This document shows, piece by piece, positions 1 to 8,201 of a DNA stretch of 64,000 bases. Made by a program: the position numbers and the translations under genes. Source of the DNA: Planctomycetota bacterium. GTDB lineage: Bacteria > Planctomycetota > UBA8108 > SXIK01. The notes beneath the pieces were generated by a model. That model had not been told where the DNA came from and made no database searches. It saw only the letters and a list, made by a program, of their open reading frames with translations. The DNA lies in the NCBI GenBank assembly GCA_965223845.1, contig CBDCXR010000004.1, forward strand, positions 7,424,001 to 7,488,000, in the 5' to 3' direction. Numbering within the stretch: the stretch's first letter is position 1; every line of letters starts with the position of its first letter.

Positions 1-1241
1 ATTCGGCCGCTCACGTTGGCGAGCTGAATCAGCTCGGTGAGCGGACCGCCGAACTCGAAGCTCGAAAACGTCTCGCCGCGGCCCTTGCACGCCTCGATCC
101 ATTCGCGGTGGTGGCCGACTCCGCGCGGGAAGGTCCGGTCCGGTCCTTTCTCGTCCTTGAATTTCGCTTTCGGGAGGAGCGCCGAGCTTCGGTTCCACGG
201 ATCCGATGAGTAGATGCTCGCCTTCGAGCCGATGAGGAGGGAGCCGAAGCTTCCGATCTCCTCGCCCTGGAGAAGTTCCTTCGGTGGACGCGAGTCCGCG
301 CCGCTCGAGACCGTGAGAGCCACCGCAGGGAGATCACCTCGGGCCGGAAGGTGGAACCGGACGCGCGTCGAACGCGGATAGCCCTCGTCGTTCACGCCCT
401 CGGCCTTGCCGTCGACGCGAATGACGTGGTCTCGTCGTGCGCTGTCCGCGGTTTTCTTCCAGAGCTTCTCCAGGCGGAGGCCACGAAAGAGGAAGTTCCC
501 GGTGTGGCAGCCCATGTCCCCCAATCCGCCGCTCCCGAAGTGTCTCCAGCTTCGCCAGGTGCGCGGGAGGTAGCTCGGGTGATAGGGGCGCGAGGACGCG
601 GGTCCGAGCCAGAGGTCCCAGTCGAGCTCCGCCGGCACCGCGGGCGTGTCGGCCGGTCTCGTCATCGGTCCGTTCCCGTCTCCGACCCAGAGATACGCCT
701 CACGGATCGGGCCGGCTGTTCCTGCCCACGCCCACTCGACGGCGCGGCGTACGCCCTCCGATTCGGAGCCCTGGTTTCCCATCTGCGTGACGACGTCGTG
801 CTTCTTCGCCGCGAGACGCATCGCCCGCGCTTCTCGCACCGTTCGCGTGAGGGGCTTCTCGCAAAAGACGTGCTTCCCGCGCTTCATCGCGGCGATCGAC
901 GCCACCGCGTGGGTGTGATCGGGCGTGCTCACGACGACGGCATCGATCTGCTTGTCCATGTCGGAGAGCATGCGTCGAAAGTCCCGGTAGAACTTTGCGC
1001 CCGAGAATTTCTTCCGCGCGCCCACGGCCTCTCGCTCGTCGGCGTCGCAGAGTGCGACGATCGATTCGCTCGAGACGCCGGAGAGATTCGCGCGGCCTCG
1101 CCCGCCGACCCCGATCGCGGCGATGCCCAGGCGCTCGTTGGCCGAGTAGCTGAAGGCGATGCGGCGGTCGCAGATGAGGACACCGCTTCCGGCGGCTAGA
1201 GCGCTCTTCAGAAAACGACGTCGGGTGGATCGGGATGGCAT
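1..1241 (-). CDS. Gfo/Idh/MocA family oxidoreductase with Tat signal (3' end runs off window)
   Basis: Manually translated from ATG 1241: MPSRSTRRRFLKS (twin-Arg), AAIGVGGRG Rossmann motif, IVALCDAD; frame is still open at the window edge (FEFGGPLTELIQLANV). Not in the ORF track. Confidence 0.9.
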   Translation of the reverse strand, partial: MPSRSTRRRFLKSALAAGSGVLICDRRIAFSYSANERLGIAAIGVGGRGRANLSGVSSESIVALCDADEREAVGARKKFSGAKFYRDFRRMLSDMDKQIDAVVVSTPDHTHAVASIAAMKRGKHVFCEKPLTRTVREARAMRLAAKKHDVVTQMGNQGSESEGVRRAVEWAWAGTAGPIREAYLWVGDGNGPMTRPADTPAVPAELDWDLWLGPASSRPYHPSYLPRTWRSWRHFGSGGLGDMGCHTGNFLFRGLRLEKLWKKTADSARRDHVIRVDGKAEGVNDEGYPRSTRVRFHLPARGDLPAVALTVSSGADSRPPKELLQGEEIGSFGSLLIGSKASIYSSDPWNRSSALLPKAKFKDEKGPDRTFPRGVGHHREWIEACKGRGETFSSFEFGGPLTELIQLANVSGR

Positions 1242-1390
1242 GGGCACGTCTCCTGGCTTCGTTCTCGGTCTTTCGTCTCTCGACGAGGCGGGCCGTCATC
1301 GTCGGGCGAATCGCAGCCGGCATTCAACTGGAAAGCCCGGGGCCGACGCGGATCTCGCGCCTCCACCGGAGGGAGACGGGCGCGACCGAC

Positions 1391-1876
1391 TCACTCGAGC
1401 GGCAGCATCCCCGCGATCACCTCCAGGTCTGCGGCGTGAATCTGAAGCTTCGCGACAAACGCGTAGCGCACGTAGCCGCATCGATCGATGAGAAAGCTGC
1501 TCGGACGCGCGATGTTTCCCCGGGGAAGGGAGAACCGCTGCCAAACCCCGTACGCGCGCGCCACTCTTCGATCCTCGTCGACGGTGACCGGAAACGGCAC
1601 GGGATTTTCGTCGAGGTAGGCCTTGAGGGACCCCGGGCGCTCGCAGAAGACGGCGATGATCTTACATTTCAGGTCCCGCAGCCGATCGTGATGCTGCGAG
1701 AGCTCCGTGAGCCGAGCGCGGCTGTTCGGGTCCCAGCTCCCGCGGAGAAAATCGACGAGGACGGGGCCGCGCATCAAACTCGGTGCCAAACTCACCTCCA
1801 CGCCGTAAGGCGTTTGGAGGGCGAACGCTGGAGGAGTTTCTCCCGCGGCTAGAGGGGAACCTCGTCGATCGCTCAC
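1391..1876 (-). CDS. AhpC/TSA (peroxiredoxin-like) thioredoxin-fold protein lacking the CxxC motif
   Basis: PAFALQTP..GPVLVDFLRGSWDPNS..PFPVTVDEDRRVARAYGV..RPSSFLID pattern; WDPNS stands where WCPxC is expected. Confidence 0.8.
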   Translation of the reverse strand: MSDRRGSPLAAGETPPAFALQTPYGVEVSLAPSLMRGPVLVDFLRGSWDPNSRARLTELSQHHDRLRDLKCKIIAVFCERPGSLKAYLDENPVPFPVTVDEDRRVARAYGVWQRFSLPRGNIARPSSFLIDRCGYVRYAFVAKLQIHAADLEVIAGMLPLE

Positions 1877-1929
1877 GGTGTCTCTCTCTCACTTGGAGTG
1901 ACGGGGCCCGGCGCGCCTCTTCGGCGAGG

Positions 1930-1938
1930 TGGTAGAAT
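1930..1938 (+). promoter_or_regulatory. Extended -10 promoter (TGG-TAGAAT)
   Basis: TGn-TAGAAT directly upstream of a structured non-coding region. Confidence 0.5.
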
Positions 1939-1944
1939 ACTCAT

Positions 1945-2264
1945 AGTCCTGTGATTCACCAGTCTGGTGCGCGTTCGCGATCGAGCTTTCACTCGGTGGA
2001 GAACGCGATCGGTCGGTGGGACCCAGTACGAGACGGCGATCCAACTCGCCGCGAAGTGAAGCCTAGCCGGTGAGGTCGACGTCGTCCACGCCTCGCGATT
2101 CGTTGTCTAGGGTCGATGTGAGACTCGACCCCAATCGCGGCGAGGCCGAATCATACCGAACCGCATTGAGCCGTACCGACACCGACCGCCGGTGTCGACT
2201 CGAGTGACGGTGGACGCCGTGATCGAATCGCGGTCGTCGGTCGCACTCGAACCGGGCTCTTTTT
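1945..2264 (+). ncRNA. Candidate structured RNA / regulatory leader (unclassified)
   Basis: Promoter upstream, nested long-range helices (1961-1968/2251-2258, 1977-1984/2237-2244, 2004-2014/2221-2232), local hairpins, T-tract at about 2258-2264, no credible ORF. Confidence 0.45.
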
Positions 2265-2300
2265 CGTCGCACCCGCTTGCCCCGCCCGCAGAGAAAAGCG

Positions 2301-2969
2301 ATGAAGTCGTCCCACGTTCAATTTTCCGACTCCCTCGACGGACGTCTCCGCGTCGGCGTCGTGCTCCTCAAGCGCGTCGTCAACGGTCCGACCACGTCGG
2401 CGCTGCGCGAGCGCATCGAGGCGACGACGGCCGAGTTTCGTCACACCATCGGCTCGCGAGCCCTCACCGAGCTCGAGCCCGTCAAGAGAACTCGCCGCCT
2501 CTATCACGCCCTCGGCGCCGACCCGACGAAGGATCGCCCCGCCTCGGAGCGCCTCCTCCGGCGCGTCGTCCGCGAGCAGCCGTTTCCCGAGGTGAACCAA
2601 CTCGTCGACGCGCTCAATCTCGTCAGTCTGAGCCTACAGTGCCCGGTCGGCGCCTACGATTGGGACCAGCTCGCGCCTCCGGTTCTCGTCCGGATCGGTC
2701 GACCCGACGAGACGTTCATCGTCGGCGCCGGGCGGCGGGTGCGGGCCGGCGGCCGGATGGTGCTCGTCGATGGCGACGGTCTCTTCGGGAGCCCGAGCCA
2801 AGACTCCTCCCGCGCCGCGATCGAGCCCGGGACGGTTCGAGCGCTCGTCGTCACTTGGTTCCCGGCGGACGTGTCGAACGCCGAGATCGAGAACGCGACG
2901 GCCGAGGTGATCCACGCCGCCGAGACGTACTGTGAGGCCGCGGCCGACGAGTCGGGAATCCTCGGCTAG
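2301..2969 (+). CDS. Stand-alone B3/B4 domain protein (PheRS beta editing-like, putative tRNA deacylase)
   Basis: LGADPTKDRPASERLLRRV, FPEVNQLVDALNLVSL, PVGAYDWD motifs typical of B3/4 proteins; ATG at 2301. Confidence 0.85.
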   Translation: MKSSHVQFSDSLDGRLRVGVVLLKRVVNGPTTSALRERIEATTAEFRHTIGSRALTELEPVKRTRRLYHALGADPTKDRPASERLLRRVVREQPFPEVNQLVDALNLVSLSLQCPVGAYDWDQLAPPVLVRIGRPDETFIVGAGRRVRAGGRMVLVDGDGLFGSPSQDSSRAAIEPGTVRALVVTWFPADVSNAEIENATAEVIHAAETYCEAAADESGILG

Positions 2970-3085
2970 TCGGGGCGTCTTCTCGGTCGCGCGGCCGAGC
3001 CCGACGCATAGAATATGCGCGTGCCTCTGCGCGGCGTCGAGATCCTCTTCGACGCTTCGGCGGAGCGAGTCGACGGAGCCCTCAT

Positions 3086-3982
3086 TTGGACGAACCCAGC
3101 TCGGACCGGAGAAACGAGCGCGACGCTTCGGTCACCGCCTCGCTCGCGCAGCTCGACGCCCTCGTTCGCCTATTGGGTGACGAAGACGAGAACGTTCTTC
3201 GCGTCGTGTGGGATGAGCTCGAGCGACTCGGGACGGCTGCGCTCCCCGCGCTCCGCGAGGCGCGCCGAGAGCACTGCGACGAACGGGTCCGCGTTCAAGC
3301 GGAGCGATTTCTCCGCGAATGGCACCGCCGCGGCGTGTTTCGCGAGTGGGTGCAGTTCTGCCGGCGCGGACGCTGGGATCTCGAAGAAGGATCGTTTCTC
3401 GTCGCGCGCTCCGAGCGTCCGGACTGCGACGTCGGCGCGTGCGCAGCTCGACTCGACGAGCATGCGAACACCTTGCGCCGCCGCGTCGAAGCGGCGCCGA
3501 CACCCGACGCGGCGGTGACGAAGGTGACGCAGTATCTGTTCGACGAACTCGGTTTCACCGGTAACTCCACACGCTACGACGATCCGGACAACAGCTATCT
3601 CGACCGCGTCCTCGAGCGGAAGATCGGCATCCCGATCAGCCTCTCCGCCGTCGTGTTGCTCGTGTGTCGACGTCTAGCGCTCCGAGTCACAGGAGTTGGC
3701 ACCCCGGGACACTTTCTTCTCAAGTTTCGGGGCGCGAGCGGAGAGCGGTTCGTCGATGCGTTCCACGGCGGACGGATTCTCGACACCCGAGAATGCGCCC
3801 GGCTGCTCGCGACGGTCGGCGTCCAGCTCGAGTCGCGCCACCTCCGCGCGGTCGACGATCAGACGATTCTGATTCGGATGCTGAACAACCTGTTCAAGGT
3901 CTACTGGGACGCGGGCGACACGCGGCGGTCGAATCGAGTCGCGGCGATGGCGAAGCTCTTGAGCTCAGAGGCGGGCGACTGA
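3086..3982 (+). CDS. Transglutaminase-like (SirB1 / Transglut_core2) protein with N-terminal HEAT-like helices
   Basis: LFDELGFTGN..YDDPDNSYLDRVLERKIGIPISLS..GVGTPGHFLL..FVDAFHGG..ILIRMLNNL. Confidence 0.85.
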   Translation: MDEPSSDRRNERDASVTASLAQLDALVRLLGDEDENVLRVVWDELERLGTAALPALREARREHCDERVRVQAERFLREWHRRGVFREWVQFCRRGRWDLEEGSFLVARSERPDCDVGACAARLDEHANTLRRRVEAAPTPDAAVTKVTQYLFDELGFTGNSTRYDDPDNSYLDRVLERKIGIPISLSAVVLLVCRRLALRVTGVGTPGHFLLKFRGASGERFVDAFHGGRILDTRECARLLATVGVQLESRHLRAVDDQTILIRMLNNLFKVYWDAGDTRRSNRVAAMAKLLSSEAGD

Positions 3983-4083
3983 GCTCGCTGGCGGTTTCCG
4001 TTTGGGCGGGCGGTGGACCGTGCCGTCGAGCTCAGCTTGCCGGAGGGCGCTCGAGATCGAACTCGTCGGGCGCGAGCACCGAT

Positions 4084-5232
4084 CTACACCTCGAGCTCCT
4101 TCGGAAACCGGTTCAGGTTGCGCGAGCCATCGTGTGTCACGAGGAGTAGATCCTCGAGCCGAACCGCACCGACTCCCGGGTAGTAGAGTCCGGGCTCGAC
4201 GGTGACGACCTCGCCCGCCTGAAGAGTGCTCGGGAGGCGACCGAGCCGCGGCAGCTCGTGGATGTCGAGACCGAGTCCGTGGCCCGTGCCGTGAATGAAC
4301 CCGGTTTTCTTTCCCGAGACCTCACCGTTTTCGTTCCCGAGCTCCTTGAGTTTCTCGACGACCGCTTGGTGGACCGCTCGACCGTCCACACCGTGGCGTA
4401 GCATGCTGATCGCGAGCTCCTGCGCGGCGAAAACGTCGGCGTACAGTTTCTTTACCGCGGCGGACGCCTCGCCGCGAACGACCGTGCGCGTCATGTCCCC
4501 CCAGTACCGGTTCGCCGTCGAGTGCGGAAAGATGTCGAGGATGATCGTTTGGTGGGCCGGAAGCGGACCCGAGCCGCGGTGGTGCGGATCGGCTCCTTGA
4601 TCGCCGCCGGCGACGATGATCAACGATCCGTCGCAGTCGCGATCGAGGAGGAAGCGCTGGATCTCCCGGCGAAGGAGCTCCGAAGTGAGCTCGACGCCGC
4701 GCCAACGGAGACGATCTCCCGCGATGTCGCTTTCGCGCAGGATGTCGACGGCGAGCTGCATCGCGCTTTCGGCGTGAGCTTGCACTTCCTCGATGGCCGC
4801 GAGCTCCGCCTCGGTCTTGACGTTCCGCTCCGGAAAGAACGGATCGGGCTGAGTCAGCACGCGGTAGCCGAGCTTCGCCAGGCTCTCCGCGTATCCGAGC
4901 GCGAAGCTCAGCGGGACGACGAGCTCTAGGGCGGATGCGTCATCGCCGATGCGGTCGCGAAGAAACCGATCGACCACCGCGGTGATGCTCGGGGTCTCGC
5001 CCTTTTCCTCGAGCGCTAATTCGTACGGAGTGGTCGAGACGAGCTCGTCGACATCGGCCTCATCCCCGGCCCGGCCGTATTCGAGATCGTTGACCATGAG
5101 AATCCGCTGGCCGGTGAGCTCGAGGTAGGCGACAGCACCTCCGACGAGGAAATGAGTGGCGTAGTAGAGGTCGGCGTTGGTCTCGCTGTCGCCGATGATG
5201 AGACGCGCGCGGCGCGGTTCGTTCGAGCTCAT
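4084..5232 (-). CDS. Xaa-Pro aminopeptidase, M24 family
   Basis: IILDIFP, YWGDMTRT, HGTGHGLGLDIHE, TVEPGLY, VRLED metal-binding motifs. Confidence 0.93.
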   Translation of the reverse strand: MSSNEPRRARLIIGDSETNADLYYATHFLVGGAVAYLELTGQRILMVNDLEYGRAGDEADVDELVSTTPYELALEEKGETPSITAVVDRFLRDRIGDDASALELVVPLSFALGYAESLAKLGYRVLTQPDPFFPERNVKTEAELAAIEEVQAHAESAMQLAVDILRESDIAGDRLRWRGVELTSELLRREIQRFLLDRDCDGSLIIVAGGDQGADPHHRGSGPLPAHQTIILDIFPHSTANRYWGDMTRTVVRGEASAAVKKLYADVFAAQELAISMLRHGVDGRAVHQAVVEKLKELGNENGEVSGKKTGFIHGTGHGLGLDIHELPRLGRLPSTLQAGEVVTVEPGLYYPGVGAVRLEDLLLVTHDGSRNLNRFPKELEV

Positions 5233-5426
5233 AAACCCTTGACCGATCGGAGAAAACGACGCCGTCGAGACGCACGCGTTCCGTCTCGACTCGCGGCGGC
5301 TCGATCGCTGCCGCGTCGCCGAATCGTCTCATCCTCCGGCGTTGCGTCCTACTTCTTTTCCGCCCTCGGGGCGAACTGACGAATCTCCGGGCTCGAACGC
5401 GGAGAGTCGACCGCCGGGCGACGGTC

Positions 5427-6674
5427 TCAGTCCGTCTCGTCGAATGCGCCCGTCTCGAGCACGCGGGCGATCTCGGCGAGAAACTGATCCGCGACGGCAC
5501 CGTCGATGAGTCGGTGGTCGTAGGTGAGGCTGAGGTACGCCATCGTTCGGGCGACGATCGCGTCGGTCTTCTCGTCGACGGTGGGGCGCTTCTCGATCTT
5601 CCCCAGGCAGAGGATCGCAACCTGAGGTTGATGGATGATCGGCGTTCCGATGAGAGCGCCGAAAACGCCGGGATTCGTGATCGTGAACGTGCCGCCGCGG
5701 ACTTCCTCCGGGCGAAGCTCCTTCGCTCGCGCGCGCGTCGCCACGTCCTGGATTCGTTCGGCGAGCGCTTCCGTCGAGAGCGAGTTCGCTTCCGGGATCA
5801 CCGGGACGATGAGCCCGTTCTCGAGAGCGACCGCTATGCCCAGGTTCACGCTGCTGTGATAGACGACCTTGTCGCCGCGGATCGACGCATTGAGCGTAGG
5901 CCAGTTCGCGAGGGCATCACACACTGCGCGGGAGACGAACGCGAGGTACGTGAGATTCACACCGGACGCCGCGAGTCGATCCCTCCGCTCCGCGCGCAGC
6001 TCCCGCACGCGAGTCATGTCGACTTCGAACACGCTCGTGACGTGCGCCGAAGTGCGGCGACTCGCAACCATGTGCTCGGCGATGCGCTGACGCATCCGAG
6101 ACATCGTCTCGACCCGTTCGGCGTGGGGGAAGGCGTCGCGGCTTTCGAGGAAGCTGAGAAGATCTTCCTTCGTCACTCGCCCTTGCGTACCGGAGCCGGT
6201 GAGTTGACTGAGATCGACACCGTGCTCGTCGGCCAGCCGGCGGACGAGCGGAGAGGATTTCGTTCGGAGTCGTTCCCCGCGCGTCGCTCCCGCGGATGCG
6301 ACGGCGGAGGTGCGCTGAGGCGACGGATTCGGCGAGTCGGCTTCGGCCGACGCATCCGGCACCTCTTGCTTCCCTCGCTCGCGGGGGATCTCGGTGGAAG
6401 CACGACCGCTCGCTCGCGAGCTCGGCCGCGCGTCCGCGTCGGTCGAGAGAACGCACACCGCGGTGTCGACGGGGACCGTCTCGCCTTCTGCGACCAGGAT
6501 CTGGGTGAGGTACCCTTCCGCCGGCGCGGGGATCTCCGAGTCGACCTTGTCCGTCGAAATCTCGAAGAGAAGCTCGTCCCGCTCGACGAACTCGCCGACC
6601 TCCTTGAACCAGCGCACCATCGTGCCTTCCGCGATGCTCTCGCCCATCTGCGGCATATGCACTTCGGTGTCCAT
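5427..6674 (-). CDS. 2-oxoacid dehydrogenase E2 (dihydrolipoamide acyltransferase, SucB-like)
   Basis: Lipoyl domain MPQMGESI..EISTDKVDSEI, E3-binding SPLVRRLA..GTQGRVTK, catalytic DHRLIDG. Start is ATG 6674 or GTG 6683. Confidence 0.93.
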   Translation of the reverse strand: MDTEVHMPQMGESIAEGTMVRWFKEVGEFVERDELLFEISTDKVDSEIPAPAEGYLTQILVAEGETVPVDTAVCVLSTDADARPSSRASGRASTEIPRERGKQEVPDASAEADSPNPSPQRTSAVASAGATRGERLRTKSSPLVRRLADEHGVDLSQLTGSGTQGRVTKEDLLSFLESRDAFPHAERVETMSRMRQRIAEHMVASRRTSAHVTSVFEVDMTRVRELRAERRDRLAASGVNLTYLAFVSRAVCDALANWPTLNASIRGDKVVYHSSVNLGIAVALENGLIVPVIPEANSLSTEALAERIQDVATRARAKELRPEEVRGGTFTITNPGVFGALIGTPIIHQPQVAILCLGKIEKRPTVDEKTDAIVARTMAYLSLTYDHRLIDGAVADQFLAEIARVLETGAFDETD

Positions 6675-6842
6675 CGTGAGCACTCCGTTCTCCGTCGTTC
6701 GCCCTCCGTGCGGGCGGTGCTGCCACAGATCTACGGCATGGAACGGGAGTTTTCAACGGCGTGGTGGCTGCTTCGCCGGGGGGGAGCGGGAGGTTCCCCC
6801 CGCGTGCGCTCCGGGGCGGCAGGATCGATCGAATGTCGGCGG

Positions 6843-7451
6843 TCAGCGCTCGTTCGCGACGGGATCGATACGGCGGATCCGATGGAGCCGCGACGGTATC
6901 TCGATCGGGAGAGCACCGGCGAGCCGGATCCCGGTGTGAACGATCACCCGCCCACCGTCGTCCGCGAGGAAGAGGTAGACGTCGTCGCGGTGGGCGTCGG
7001 CGGCGAAGAGCGAGCTGCCGTCGCGCTCGGCACGTGAGCGAGCGTTCTCGAAGGAGAGAGTCCACTCGATCCCGAAGCGTTCGGCAGCCTCCGAATCGGG
7101 TGCCGCACGAAAGAGCGAGAGCGTCTCGTCCGCGGGGAGCGGATCGCCGAAAGTGCGCAATCGTTCGCAGCTTGCGCGGAAAAACGCCCGGCGGGCGAGC
7201 TCGGTCGTCGCCGCGCGCGCGTCGATATTGGCCCAAGCGGCGGCGAGAATCGGCTCGTAGGCGAAGCGCTGGAGGAGGCCGAGAGCGTTTCGATCGATGA
7301 ACTCGAGCCAGCGCGCGCGCGGAATCAGGCGGAGTGCCTCCGCGGGATGCTTCCCGCGAAGCGCCTCCTCGAGAGCGTCGCTGGAACCGTCTAACGCTAG
7401 CGCAGTGTCGATAGAGACGAATTGCGTTTCGTCGTGAGTCAAAGCATTCAC
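6843..7451 (-). CDS. Hypothetical protein; C-terminal half resembles a degenerate ADP-ribosyltransferase fold
   Basis: Protein-like 3' part of the 6843..7943 ORF; GTG 7451 or a nearby TTG with GAGG; LFRAA..GIEWTLSFENA pattern. Confidence 0.55.
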   Translation of the reverse strand: MNALTHDETQFVSIDTALALDGSSDALEEALRGKHPAEALRLIPRARWLEFIDRNALGLLQRFAYEPILAAAWANIDARAATTELARRAFFRASCERLRTFGDPLPADETLSLFRAAPDSEAAERFGIEWTLSFENARSRAERDGSSLFAADAHRDDVYLFLADDGGRVIVHTGIRLAGALPIEIPSRLHRIRRIDPVANER

Positions 7452-7516
7452 CTCGCGTTTGGAATTCTCGATTCCGGCCACTCTCTTGCGCACTCTGCGG
7501 AGTGTGGATGATCTCC

Positions 7517-7531
7517 ACAAGTTCCGTGCCA
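7517..7531 (-). promoter_or_regulatory. Sigma54-type -24/-12 promoter
   Basis: Minus strand TGGCACG-GAAC-TTGT versus consensus TGGCACG-N4-TTGC, about 65 bp upstream of the 6843..7451 CDS. Confidence 0.55.
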
Positions 7532-7675
7532 ACGCCGTAGCCCCGGCGACGTTGATCCGACCCGTAGGACACGGTACAAGGGACAGGACCGCTCGTGACG
7601 CCGTCGAGTCGTTTCGCTGCGTCATGCCAAAAGCCGGGACACGGCGGCCCGATTCGAACCGCACACGGAGGACCG

Positions 7676-8023
7676 GTGAGCCGAGAGGTCTACACGGCGA
7701 GCAACGAACACGACGCGCGCGACATCGTCGAGCGACTCGCCGAGCGCGGAATCCGTAGCTTCGTCCGCGGCGAACCGATGCGGATCCTCGGGATCGAGAT
7801 CCCGATCGGGCAGGTCTTTCCCACCGTTTGCGTCCGCGCCGCGGCGGATCTCGAGCGAGCTCGCGAGGCGGTGGACGCGATCCTCGCCGAGCGCGGGGAG
7901 CGACCGGTCGAGCCCCGCTGGACCTGCGCGTGCGGCGAAACACTCGACGGGCAGTTCACGAAGTGCTGGAGCTGCGGCGAGGCGCGCCCCGACTCCGCCG
8001 ATCCGGATTCGCGCGAAATCTGA
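7676..8023 (+). CDS. DUF2007-type putative signal-transducing protein with C-terminal zinc ribbon
   Basis: GGAGGA RBS before GTG 7676; VYTASN..LAERGIRSFVRGE; WTCACGE..FTKCWSCG. Confidence 0.85.
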   Translation: MSREVYTASNEHDARDIVERLAERGIRSFVRGEPMRILGIEIPIGQVFPTVCVRAAADLERAREAVDAILAERGERPVEPRWTCACGETLDGQFTKCWSCGEARPDSADPDSREI

Positions 8024-8201
8024 GGGATTCCCAGCTCGGGATTCGTCGGATGCCCGGGGCGACGGTCGAGTCGCGGAGACGCTACTTCGTTGACCGCCGC
8101 TCCGGGGTCGGGGACACTTCGAGTCGGGGATTGGTGATCGAGGAACCCGTCGAACCGACAGGAAACAGACTCTGTTTCGCTGCACGCCCAAGGAGGAAGC
8201 T

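Noticed and set aside
351-1199. 282-aa plus-strand ORF and many similar long Arg-rich ORFs (e.g. 5514..7037, 8214..10385, 51847..53628, 59416..61518)
   Set aside because: Antisense or alternate-frame shadows of recognisable genes in high-GC DNA; no motifs.
1945-2264. Assignment to RNase P, SRP, tmRNA or the c-di-AMP (ydaO) riboswitch
   Set aside because: Lacks GAGGAAAGTCC, the SRP TCAGG/AGCAG loop, tRNA-like ends and the ydaO CAGCTAAC element; only fragments resemble them.
7630-7668. GGTTCGAATC on the minus strand resembling a tRNA T-loop
   Set aside because: Flanks do not form a T-stem or acceptor stem.
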